Below are positions 40,119 to 51,639 of a stretch of 64,000 bases of DNA, one piece after another. The stretch comes from Pecten maximus. Taxonomy: Eukaryota. Made by a program: the position numbers and the translations under genes. Numbering within the stretch: the stretch's first letter is position 1; each line of letters begins with the position of its first letter. The notes beneath the pieces are model-generated. The model worked only from the letters and a program-made list of their open reading frames with translations. It did no database searches and had not been told where the DNA came from. The stretch lies in the NCBI RefSeq assembly GCF_902652985.1, contig NC_047017.1, positions 7,378,001-7,442,000 on the forward strand, given 5' to 3'.

Positions 40119-43100
40119 CTACAACTTGATAGAAAGGTAATGACAATCATTTAACCTTTTGTTGTCAAGGTTGTTGCCTCCAAATAAAAACACGCCATTC
40201 GTGTCATTTAATTGACAAGGTGCTACTTGCATCCATCCTCTCGCTTCTGGAGTTTCTCCCGAACTCGAAATCAATTCCCATCCGGCTTTGCTACAAGTGT
40301 CCATCATATAGCCATCTTTGGAAAATCCTCCAGCTCCTAAATGTCCTTGATCTGAAGGGTCTACCTCGCCGAACCAAACAATGATAAAAGTAGACATTGA
40401 TGTGATTCCGAAGACGGACCTTGGAGGAAGTTCTTTGTCAAGCGCCAGTTTTGACCATGTTTTGGAGTCTGTGTCGTATTTATAGACATCACTGGTCTCT
40501 TTACCTGCAAAACCTGCTACGACGAACAAGTCTTTTCCAACGGCAATCAGCCCGGCCCCACCCCGTCCTGCGATGTCCTCATTGGTTGGCTGTTGTTCCC
40601 ATGTATTGCTGGCTATATCATAAGAATGGAGATCGTTCATGCGACCTTCTTCTCCACACCCGCCAAACACGTAAAGGCGATTGGCAACTACCGCCATGGC
40701 GTGAAAGCTTCTAGGGGAAGGAGCAACCCCAGACGGTTTCAAAAGAGTCCAAATGTTGCTCCTGGTGTCAAAAGCATACAGTTCATTGAAGCTTCCCTCG
40801 CCCATATTGATTCCCGTTCTTCCACCAAATATGTACATCACCTGACCAACTGCGGCGGCACTGTGAGCGTTATGTGGTACAGGAACGTCACCAGTGGTGC
40901 TCAGTTCCGACCAGGTGCATGTGTCCATGTCAAGACAGTGGACAATGTTACTGATAGGTACTCTTGGAATATTTTCTCCGCCAAATACGAAAGCCTTTCT
41001 GCCAATCACCATTGTTGAGTGACTGCTTCTACCAATGGGTACTCCGTTCGTTTTAAGCGTGATCCATTCGAACTGTCAAAAAAAAAAAAAAGGGAAACAA
41101 ATGTCAAGCACGTGCGTTTGCTATATAAATATACTTAATAAATATTCATACATCAGCAATAACACTCAAAATTGCAAAATGGGGAAGCTGAATATTTCAA
41201 AAACTGTATAATTTGTAATATTCGCTGAGGTTTAATTACGCTTTATTCACAATCACAAGCGCGAAATACAATTACCCAGGCATATTATATACATGTATAC
41301 ATACATATGTAAAGAAATGTGCTGAAAGTTTACAAGCCGTGGTTGCGCGAAATCTAATACCCGCGAACTAGGTGCGAATGGGACATTCAACAAATGTACA
41401 TTATCAGCTTGTAGGTACATAGAGGTTACACAACGAGTGTTATCGAGCGAGTGTTTTTGTATTTGTGTTTTGCGTGACCTGTTTCTACCACAATAGAAAA
41501 GCTATTCTGAGGATGAATTGACCTGTTTTGTGCCAACGTGTGTTCTTTTCACAGTAGCAGGCGTGATGTAAGGATATGACCTAATTTAAAGCAACATACT
41601 CACCAAGAAACATATATCAATGTCTACAGTTTGAGCTTTTTACAGTTTTCGGACTTGATGCATACCTAACATATTATCGTGAATCAGAAACTGAAAATTA
41701 GTCCCACAATGCAACGGCGGGTTTTACACTCCATACAAAATGGCGGAACGCCGCAAGCGTGGAACTGCGAAAACGCAGACAGAATCTGCCAAAAAAAGAC
41801 ACAAAAGTGTGTGGAATCGGCAAAACCCGAGTATTTCCTTAGGAAAGGAAATGATTCGTGGGAACTTAACGAGAGAAGAAAAAGGAATGGACTCGAATTC
41901 AGATCTTTCCGAATGTCTATTGGATTGCTGGTTAGCTTTTGAACAATGTCAACTTCACCGATCTAAGATTTAATCGATGTTTTGTTGTATGCATATTGCT
42001 ACATTTCAAAATTAAGTATTTAAATGTAAACTATGTAATCTACTAGGTATTACGCGAATATTATGTTAATATGTTTAAATGAAAGTATTACTAGGCAAAA
42101 TTCACGTATGCTCGATATGTAAACAACGGTCATGTGTGTAGTTTATGTGCAGTGCACGTTGTTATAGCCTCGTTTTCGGTTCCGTGACCAATCTCGCTAT
42201 AAATATAAATGCGGCGAGTTATTTTTATACGCTGATGTCTCAAGGACTCCCCCGGTCAAGCGTCCAGGCCAGCGGTCATTTTAATGTTGGGAGAGCGTGA
42301 ATGAGCATCTTGGATTGCCATTAATACACGTGTGCAACTAGAATTTTAGGCTGTTAGGGAGTATGTGGCTTTAAAATTGCCACTAATTAATATGCAAAAC
42401 TGACAAATTCGGAAATGTATGGAAATATTACAATTCATTACAAAATGATAAGTAGGCTGATTCTTTCAAAGCAATTAATTATGTTTATATATATATAGAT
42501 ATATAAAAAATTTCAAGAATATAACAAAACAACTGCGACCTACTTCTTGTGCGATATCATTTCTAGGACATCGTAAAGCGGCCTTTAAGTGTTAGCCATT
42601 CATATTGCATTGAACCACGTGATTAAAAAATTGTCCCGGTCAAGGGTCACTGTGTTAACCAATCAAAGCGCATTAAGAGTTTATTCCACGTGTGGTATAA
42701 AGTGAACGTTATTCAACAGTTGTAATGATTATTCAATGCCTTGGGGTTCAATAAACGCCCACCTAATTTGGTAAAAAGATAGTTAAACACAATAGACGTT
42801 TAAAAAAACAATTTATCCAAACACTACTAGTATACAGGAGGCCGCAATAGCTCAGTCGAGCACTGGCCACGTAACCGCAGGGAAAGACTCGGGGTTCGTG
42901 GTTCAACACGCCCTACCCGTGTCAGTTTGTGTTCCTCGGAAAGCTGAAATCCGACCGGTCTGTGCTGCCGTGGCTGTGTCCTTGGTCAAGACACTATAAT
43001 TGCTCTCGAAGACATGCTATAGGCCTCATGTATGTTGTTTAGTGAGGTAGTCACCAACTACTACAAGAAAGCGGCGCCTCTCAATGACCCTAGCTGTTTA

Positions 43101-43711
43101 CAGGGCGATTTACTCAACAAACAAACAAAATACCTACATTTGCAATTACTTGATAAAGTTTGGAATGACTGAGTAATTAAAGCGCGTGGTTTGTTGCACA
43201 ACAATACATACAAATACTCCGTGTATGGTATACTGTCTAAGTAATATTTTAGCCAATGAAACGCTGCGTAGTATAGGCGTCGCATGTACTACTCGGCTAC
43301 CATACTCGGCGGACGTTTTAGAAAACACGCGTGAGTGTCTAACTAACGTTATCGTACACATATTCTGGCCGATCCACTCTTCCATAGAATTCGTCATTTT
43401 TAAAACGCCACTCGGCTATCGTTATAACCGCCATCTTACCACGGACAAGCACATGTGTTAGATATGCACTAGCATGAACGGTCCTAATATTTAACTAGTG
43501 TAGTTATTCCGACTACCGAGGATGGGGTAATTCTAGAACTAATGTCAACATTCCCTAACTTTGTAAATGGTTTATCAAATACCCGACATGCATCAATAAG
43601 TTAACGTGACCTGCTATCGCACAAGTAAAGAGAATATCACAACCTTACAAAGGTATAATATGTTATATAGAACAATATTATGCTATAGAGTGTGTATTTA
43701 GTTACCTCCAT
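40119..43711 (-). CDS. Kelch-repeat beta-propeller protein, nitrile-specifier-protein-like (paralog B, 319 aa)
   Basis: Exon 2, 40119-41072 (954 nt, phase 0, FEWITLKTNGVPIGRSSH...GEVDPSDQGHLGAG...). Exon 1 acaATG GAG|gtaact at 43706-43711. The 3' flank 39120-39915 is homologous to 26670-27480, with a conserved AATAAA (39293-39298 / 26879-26884). Confidence 0.9.
41500..42588 (+). mobile_element. Probable Kolobok-like DNA transposon fragment in the Kelch B intron
   Basis: ORF 41740-41973 has ISLGKEMIRGNLTREEKGMDSNSDLSECLLD, resembling the transposon-associated motif I.IG....RW..L.E.KG..SD.ELA..LLD. Right end ...gcggcct|TTAA at ~42585. Left end not found. Confidence 0.35.
42837..43130 (+). mobile_element. 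tRNA-derived SINE with a CORE-like central segment
   Basis: Head ggccgcaatagctcagtcg, box-B-like ggttcgtggttcaac, tgtgtccttggtcaagacact, (CAAA)n tail. Confidence 0.82.
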
Positions 43712-45540
43712 TGTTGCTGGCAAGCCGGTGAGACAGGGCACACAGTGTTTCTAGGTGAAGGTCGTTGGTGATTATATTATCTGTGAAGGCTGTGGGTACG
43801 GTGACTTGAAGTGGACAACGATGCTTTCTGATCGGCTTGTTTACTATTTACTTTATCTATACGTTTCCGTCCATTCTAAATTTGTAAATCGTTAACATTC
43901 CTTATACTATATGTGTCCTTAATATAAAATATAAATATCAAATATGGTAACTCGATCGTGTGTGACAATGTTTTGTTGAACGGAATCTTAGATGAAAACC
44001 CGGGAGTGTAACTAAAAAACTAGAAACAGGGTAGGGTGTGGGGGGTTTATATAACTGTAAACGCAATGCATCGTTCTAATTATTCACGAACTCTCATTTG
44101 ATGGATGTATGGTCAAGGAAAGATTTGTATGTGGACGTTTAAAAATCTACAAGGTTTGGCAGATTATTAATTGTTAATGTAGCCAATTTGTGATACTGAA
44201 AAATGTAAATCTTAAAACATTTTTTTCATATGTTGTAGGCATCGAAGTGTCTTCCAAATTGAATAATGTTAAACGTGAAAATGGCAGGTTCTCAATGATA
44301 GAATCGGTGTTGTTTCACCAATACAGCGTGTTGTTATCGCAAGTGACGGTCACCATATATGTACTTACAACTACATAGAATATGCCCGTGAAATCACGAA
44401 GGTGACCCCCAAAAAAATGCTGATTCCCTGAACGCTTACAGTTTGAAATAACATACTACTGCCTATGTTTGAACAATAATTATAGTCTGTTCTGGTGAAG
44501 TCACTTAAGTCACCTGTGTTTTACCTGTGTATGTTACCTGTACATTTCCTTGTATTTTTCATCAAAATCAAAGGTCAATATTTAATGAATAAATACTGCA
44601 CAAAAATATAACATATTAGAATGAACTACATGTAATAGAATGAACTACATGCACATAATAATCGTCAACACTTATTTAAACAAATAAATATCAAATTAAT
44701 TAATAACAATAGTTATCAAATTAGTATTAATTTATAATTCATTGCATTAGATATTTATTAATAATTCACTGAAATTAATATTAATTAATAATTCATTGAA
44801 ATTAAAATTAATTCATAATACATTAAACTTAAAATTAATTCATAATTATACCACTTAGAAGCCTGGCACGAGAATCTCAAAAACAAAACAAAAAAGACAA
44901 CAAAAGGGGGGTAATTATAGTCTGTTTTATACATGTCATATATATGACTTGTCAAATTGTTTCTTCGGAACAAATACCTTGGTACCGAGGCAGATACAGA
45001 ATGTCACGTCTCTTGCTCCGTTCCAATCTGGTAACGTGAATAAGTGGACTGCTAGTAGGGGAAAGTTTTGTGTCGCTAAAAGATTTGTCAAAAGCGGTCA
45101 TCATGTTCACAAAGAAAAAAAACAAACGCGATACTTACGTGGATCTTGTGAAACGTAAGCCTATATTGTAATGAAATATATTCTGATAACCTGTTTTACA
45201 GAATTATGGATCCTTTTTTAGTGGATACTGAAATAATTTGGACCTGAAACTCGTTTTTTTTAAAGAACACTATGTGCAGTGCCTCAACCTTCGAGCTCTT
45301 TTTGATAAATTTTGCAACAGTTTGTTTTGAATTTTATTTGATTAACATGTCCAATTTGAATGAAAAAATCAGCATTTATATGACTATTTTCTAGTTTTAT
45401 GCTGGTATGAAAGACCTTATTGCGCTAAGCGCATTCATGATAAGTTTACTGGCTCATTTTTTATATTTCTTCTTTATGTTGTAAGATACAACTGTATTCA
45501 AATATTTTACGTTCGCAGTTCGCTTTTATCTACAAAATTA

Positions 45541-45893
45541 AACAAGAGGCCAAGAGGGCCTGCGTCGCTCACCTGGATATCTAATTAATTTTGGAAAAAT
45601 ACTCAACTCTAAATTAAAGCTATATTTCAAACATTTTCCTTCTTTTTAACTGCCTGTCCCAACAATGGTTCAAACTACAGGTGGATTAAATCCTGTCATT
45701 CTTGAAAAAAAAAGGAAAAAAAAATCCCCCTTTTGCTGTATTTCCCCTCTTGGCTCCCTTCTCCTGTCCCAAGTGCGTCACATCCTTCATTTAGGCAACA
45801 TTCAACATTGTCACATAATTCTCCAGACAAAATGTTCAGGACTATAGTCGCGCTTTAAACAGATTTCCCCTTCGGACCAAGTGAGCTACAAAA
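45541..45893. mobile_element. Non-autonomous Helentron-like element
   Basis: AACAAG end with hairpin aggcc-aagag-ggcct. Subterminal inverted repeats gctcacctgg (45567) / ccaagtgagc (45877). Ends gagctacaaaa. Confidence 0.6.
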
Positions 45894-45912
45894 TGCGTTA
45901 GTGATAAAATCA

Positions 45913-46410
45913 TTACAAAGGGCAATAACTCTGTAAGTAACTCTCGAAAAATTTCTATTTTCGAACTCGTTCGAGATCTTGTTGATACATGTACATGGCT
46001 GCATACAATGTTTCATCAAACTTGAATGATATTTACTTCATATATTGCATTCAAAAGGTCCAAAAATATTATTATTACAAAGGGCAATAACTCTGTAAGT
46101 TACTCTTGAATAATTTCCATTGTCAAACTCGTCTAAAATCTTGTTGATGTATGGCTGCATACAAAAGTTTCATCAAACTCGGTTAATATTTACTCGAGTT
46201 ATCATGTTCACAAGGCCAATCATAACATTTTACAAAGGGCAATAACTCGTGTAGGTTACAGTCGAATAATTTCCATTTTCAACTCTACGGGAGATCTTGT
46301 CGATATATGGCTGCATACAAAGTTTCATCAAACTTGGTTGATATTTACTCAAGTTATCGTGTTGACAATGTCCAATAATGCTATTATCACAAAGGGCAAT
46401 AACTCTGTTA
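45913..46410. repeat. ~160-bp satellite-like tandem repeat (~3 units)
   Basis: acaaagggcaataactc recurs at ~45915, 46077, 46232 and 46389, with shared gatcttgttgat..atggctgcataca..gtttcatcaaact. Confidence 0.85.
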
Positions 46411-49400
46411 GTTACTGTTGAACAACGAAAACTTGATTATTTGGTTTTGAATTTTGTTAGATTTCCATCAGAGTCGTGATTATGGATTTTTCAAGTTGTT
46501 CTTCATATCTCACTTTGAATTTCTTCCAAGGTAGAAATCATTGGTCGTTTATGTGTATTTTTGTTATATACACTTCAACTTGGGACCCACACAGGATATG
46601 CTGGCCATGCTCCTTGTATCTAGCTGCAATAACGTTAAGGAAGCCTTGCCGAGAGACGTTTTATGTGCTGTCTCTGTGATATTCTTGTCGGTCGAAACAA
46701 ATAAGACGGGGCAGGATCATTCGTACTACAGTATTTGTATCTGACACTTGGAGTTTTCCAGCTTCAGAGCTCACCTGATGGGCTATCGGCTATCGACATG
46801 CAGGAGGCTCCATCCATTGAATAGAACATTGTCTGTGAAAATTAGGTGTAAACTGTATAAACTAACTAAAAATGTTATAGTGGAAAAAATATATAGAACT
46901 TTTTAAAATGAACAGCTAAAACTTTGACATTCAGAAATGATCTTTCAATCCCCATGCAGCCTCATCTGTCCATTTGGCTGAATTGGATAAAACAAAACAA
47001 GCAAATCATGTTTACATATTTGACAGTAGGTAAATTTATTCATCTTTTAAATATTGAAGAATTTTATACAAAAATAACATAGAGTGACATGCATTAGTAA
47101 TGCAACAAGGGGATGAAGCGATGATAAATAATAGTTTGATATGAGAAGCACTACATGGGAGTAGGACAAATTTAGGACAAATTTAGGACAACATGGCTAT
47201 CACAATGGCTGCCACTCAACATAGGAACCAGTGGCACTCGTCTACATAGAAACCAGTGGCACTCCTCAATATAAGAACCAGTGGCACAAAAGTATGTACA
47301 GGTCAACTTAATAGTCATTTAAAAACGTCAACATTAAAGTAATAAAGTTATATATATATATATATCTAGGTGTGCCATCTGAGGGAGGGTGTAATGAAAA
47401 CAAACACATCAGGAAAGAGTCATGGATGATCGTAAAACAAAGGCTGAAAAACATCTTGCGTACATGTAACATGTAATGTTATGGAACAGATTTATATGGT
47501 AAATCATTGATAGTGAAAAATAAATTTCTTAAAACGATTTTACTTTTCAACTTCCACATACATGAAATTCATCCTCTCATACACAATATAATCTGTTTAC
47601 ACAGACATCACCCTGTGACTGTGTATACCAAACATTCAACAGACAAAATATACAGATTTTAAATAGCTTGAACAATTAACATATGAAAAGGTCTACATTT
47701 AAAGAAATTTGGCTTAGACATTAATCAAGAGGCAAAAATTGCACAATTTGATACAGAAAGAAAAATTATTAAATTGTTCATTGAATGTGAATATTTGATT
47801 ATCATGGTTAACCTTGAAAAATTGTCATCTGCAGTTGAGGTGAAAGCATATCATCTACAGACAGCGCATGTGTTAAGCTGTCCTACCAAATCACCCGGAA
47901 TGAAAAACGAGTACTCAGATTGAAAATTTAGTCTTTTCTTTTTCAAAGTAAATCATTTTCTAAATTTTTGTGCACTAAACTTAACATTTACTAATAGCAT
48001 TTTCCTTTGTATTCATTTAATTAGATTTCTTCGAAAGAAAGCAATATTTCATTTTTTTTTCTTTCAGGTGAGTAAAACAATACAAAATGTGAAGAAGGAA
48101 AAAAAATATTATCTAATGTCTAAATCACTTTGTAATTATAGACCTAGGTTCATAACTGATATTTCAACTCAAATTACAGAGTTCATAGAAAATACACTTA
48201 AGTACAACAGTTCTACAATATGCATAAACATCCATAAAAATATGCCAAGCCTTTAAAGGCTTACTGTGTTCCGATTAAAATATTGCACTACAAGATACCA
48301 ATTCAATAGAGAGGAAATGTATTCAGCAGAGTACCGTCTGAATTACTTTAAGCCTTCACAAAGCAATACACAACACAAACATCTTCTTTGTTACAAAAAT
48401 AGATGGACCATTGTCTTCATTCAGACACCATCAATTAGCATGAAATGTATTTCCCAACTGCATATATAAATACCATTACCCAACCTTGATTCCAACATAC
48501 ACCTTTCGTATATAGATGTATACAAAGATTTTAAGGTTTAAAAATTTAGGTATCACAAATGATTTGTTAAATATAAACACTAATATGATAAAAAGTGTTG
48601 TTTTTTTTGCATCATCAATCCAGTTACATGTACATCTAGTTTTTATTTTGTTCCATTAGTACTACAAGTATATACATTTGCATTTTCTTTGCAAGTTCAA
48701 ACAAATGTACTTAATTCTAAGTATTTGTTTTAAATCTAGTCACTATGGCCTACCTATGGAAACACTTCATCAATTCATTTATTGATTCATAATTCCAACT
48801 GAATATTTTATCCAAAAGTAAATGTATACATTGTAGTGTAGTCTATTATGTTTTAGATATGAACTTTTCTGATACAAACTATGGGTTTGATTTATGCACT
48901 TTTGTGATATAGACTATAAGCCAGTCTAACTCTGGTTTCTTATAAAAGAATGCTTCTAACTTCTGTATCAATAACATATTTCGTTATGTGGTAACTCTGC
49001 CATTTCCTATTCTGGCATGATTAGAAGAAATATATATATATAGGTAGCTGGTGCAAGAATGTTACAATGAACACAATAGAAAGGTTATTACAGATATGAA
49101 AATTACTGATGTTGAGGAAAATCAGACTTGAAATGGCAAGCCGTAAAATGTCTACATCAGTTGTCAGTTATCTTTATAGGATCAACAAAGTTGCAGTCAT
49201 AACAAAGTCAAAGCTGTGTAGAAAAAACAAATCCAACTATTTAACATTAACTGTCATTATTAAATCTTTCTCACACAAACATACTTAACACAGAATTTGA
49301 CACAATCATTCTGTAACTAAAACTTAAACTTAAACCACTATGTCATGGATTCATAGATAATGATGAATTGGGCGAGTATGGAGATAATCACCCTGCAAAA

Positions 49401-50269
49401 ATAGTTCCACCATTGTAGGCCATCCCTCACTTTCGCTCTCTGCGACCTAGGAATATGTCTTGGTGATATTGAAGGTTCATTCACCGTCAGCTTAATGAAA
49501 GGTCAGGTCTTTTCCCCCTTGACATCAGTCAGAAAGTTGGTTGTGTGACTTCAGTTTTGCCATGACATATTCCCAGGGTGCAGAGAACTAAAGTGAATGT
49601 AACCCCTGGAGTAATGAGGAAGTGGTAGACAAACTACTCTGAACACCTCCATTCCCAATAAAAACGACCAGAACACTAAACATCCTGATATTTTTCGTAG
49701 GTATGCATGTAAATATCATCAGATTAGGGAAATCTCCCTAATATCTTGGTCACATTCCGTGTTTTTCCTGACTAATAATTTCCGGTTGAATATGAGTCCG
49801 TAGTTTGAAGAAATACTACTTTTTACCAGAACAGCTGTTATGCATGTTGTAACTACCTACTAAATAAAGCACACCTTAGGAAACAACAACTTAAATGACT
49901 ACAGACAAAACTTCTAAAAAAAAAAACCCTGACAATTCCGAAGAATTAAATCAAAAACAATTGTTGTGCATTAAAAGCAAAATTTTGCTACAATGTAGTT
50001 TCTAGTAACTCGGAAATAACTAAATTTATCCTTCAAACAATTTCAACTGCATGTCATTGCTATGCTGTGATGTTCTTCTTTCATATAAAAAAAGGTAGCA
50101 TACATCCTTAAGTGATGCACGAGATCAATATACAAAAGTAACACTAAACCACAGTACTCTTCCCTTAGCCACCTAGATACCTTATCACAGGAACTCACTA
50201 TGTCTGCCAATACACCCAATATATACTGTTGTAAAACATGGTTATTTACGTGGGGGTTAGTTTCATGTT

Positions 50270-50461
50270 TTTTTGTTTTTTGTTTAACGTCCTATTAACA
50301 GCCAGGGTCATTTAAGGACATGCCAGGTTTTGGAGGTGGAGAAAAGCCGGATTAAACTGAGAAAAACCACCGGCCTACAGTCAGTACCTGGCAACTGCCC
50401 CACGTAGGTTTCAAAGTGATAAAGTGTCCGGAAACCTTAACCGCTCAGCCACCGCAGCCCC
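50270..50461 (-). mobile_element. tRNA-derived V-SINE-like element (internally deleted)
   Basis: Minus strand: head ggggctgcggtggctgagcggttaag, V-domain-like ggtggtttttctcag..ccggcttttctccacc, tail aatgaccctggctgttaataggacgttaaac and A-rich end. Confidence 0.75.
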
Positions 50462-51142
50462 TTTTAGTTTCATGAATTTGAAAGGTAAAATATATATGGC
50501 GTTGGGGTTAATTCTGCTAATTTTTCTTTTGTAGCTGTTTCATAAAAGGCCACATACATCACAAAACAACATGTGTGGAGGAAATTTTCATGTATTTAGC
50601 ATAGATTTCTCCCTTGCATCAATTTCCATGTTCGGGAATATTGACAGACATGGTGAGTTCCTTTAGTCTTCCCATCAATTTATTTCAAACCCTCTTTTCT
50701 GAACAATCAAATTTCAACTTCTATTATGTATCAAAATTGTGAAGGACCAATAATCTAAAAAGAAAAGAATTTGGTAAAAATCTGTGACGAAAGAATTTTT
50801 AAAGGAATTAATTAAGTACTGGTAGATCGTTCAACCCTCAACAGGATACAGTGAAGAGGTCAAATTGTCCTGATCAAACTACACAGGTTTTATGTATAAA
50901 AACATATCTACCCAAAATATACCATTTAAGGAAAATATACAACAACGAAATTATATGACTAAGCCATTAAGTACGTACAACCATCACAAACTGTCGGAGC
51001 GAACCTATCACACATGTTACAATAAAATGTACCTGTTTTCATATATATACACGTTGTATACAATGTATGTGTACAGCACACTTGTACAGGTATGATATAA
51101 TTATATAACACACATGAACAGGTATAATCCAACCTGTGTATA

Positions 51143-51639
51143 CTGTATTTATCCTCCAATAAGCCCCCTCCTCAGTGTAAATGTTTAGTACCATATAAAT
51201 CCTCAATTTAGCCCCCTCCTTAGCGTAAAAGTTAATCACTATATATATAAATCCTCAAATAAGCCCCCTCCTCAGTATTCTCAGTGTAAAAGTTTAGAAC
51301 CATATAAATTCCAAAATAAGCCCCCTCCTCATTGTTAATTATATAAAGTTTAGTACCATATCAATCTTCAAATAAGCCCCCCTCCCCAGCATAAAAGTTT
51401 AGTACCATATAAATCCCAAAATAAGCCCCCTCCTCATTGTTAATTATATAAAGTTTAGTACCATATCAATCTTCAAATAAGCCCCCTCCCCAGCATAAAA
51501 GTTTAGTACCATATCAATCCCAAAAAAATCCTCATCCCCTAGTGTATCTGCTTACTATAATGTTAAAAGTGACATTTTTGCAAGAATGAAGAAGTGATGG
51601 CTTATTTGTTGGCAGAGGCTTATTTGCAGATAAATACAG
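51143..51639. mobile_element. TA-flanked MITE containing a minisatellite derived from its own subterminal motif
   Basis: TA-ctgtatttatc..aataagcc / ggcttatt..gataaatacag-TA. About 8 internal copies of aataagccccctcc..aaagtttagtaccatat (51157-51540). Confidence 0.75.

Noticed and set aside
45139-46832. Exon-like segments 46775-46832 and 45139-45160 on the minus strand as Kelch B first exons
   Set aside because: They have plausible splice signals, but their phases do not join the phase-0 Kelch exon and paralog A has no counterpart. The conserved ATG GAG|gt exon fits better. They could be non-coding exons; unsupported without RNA data.
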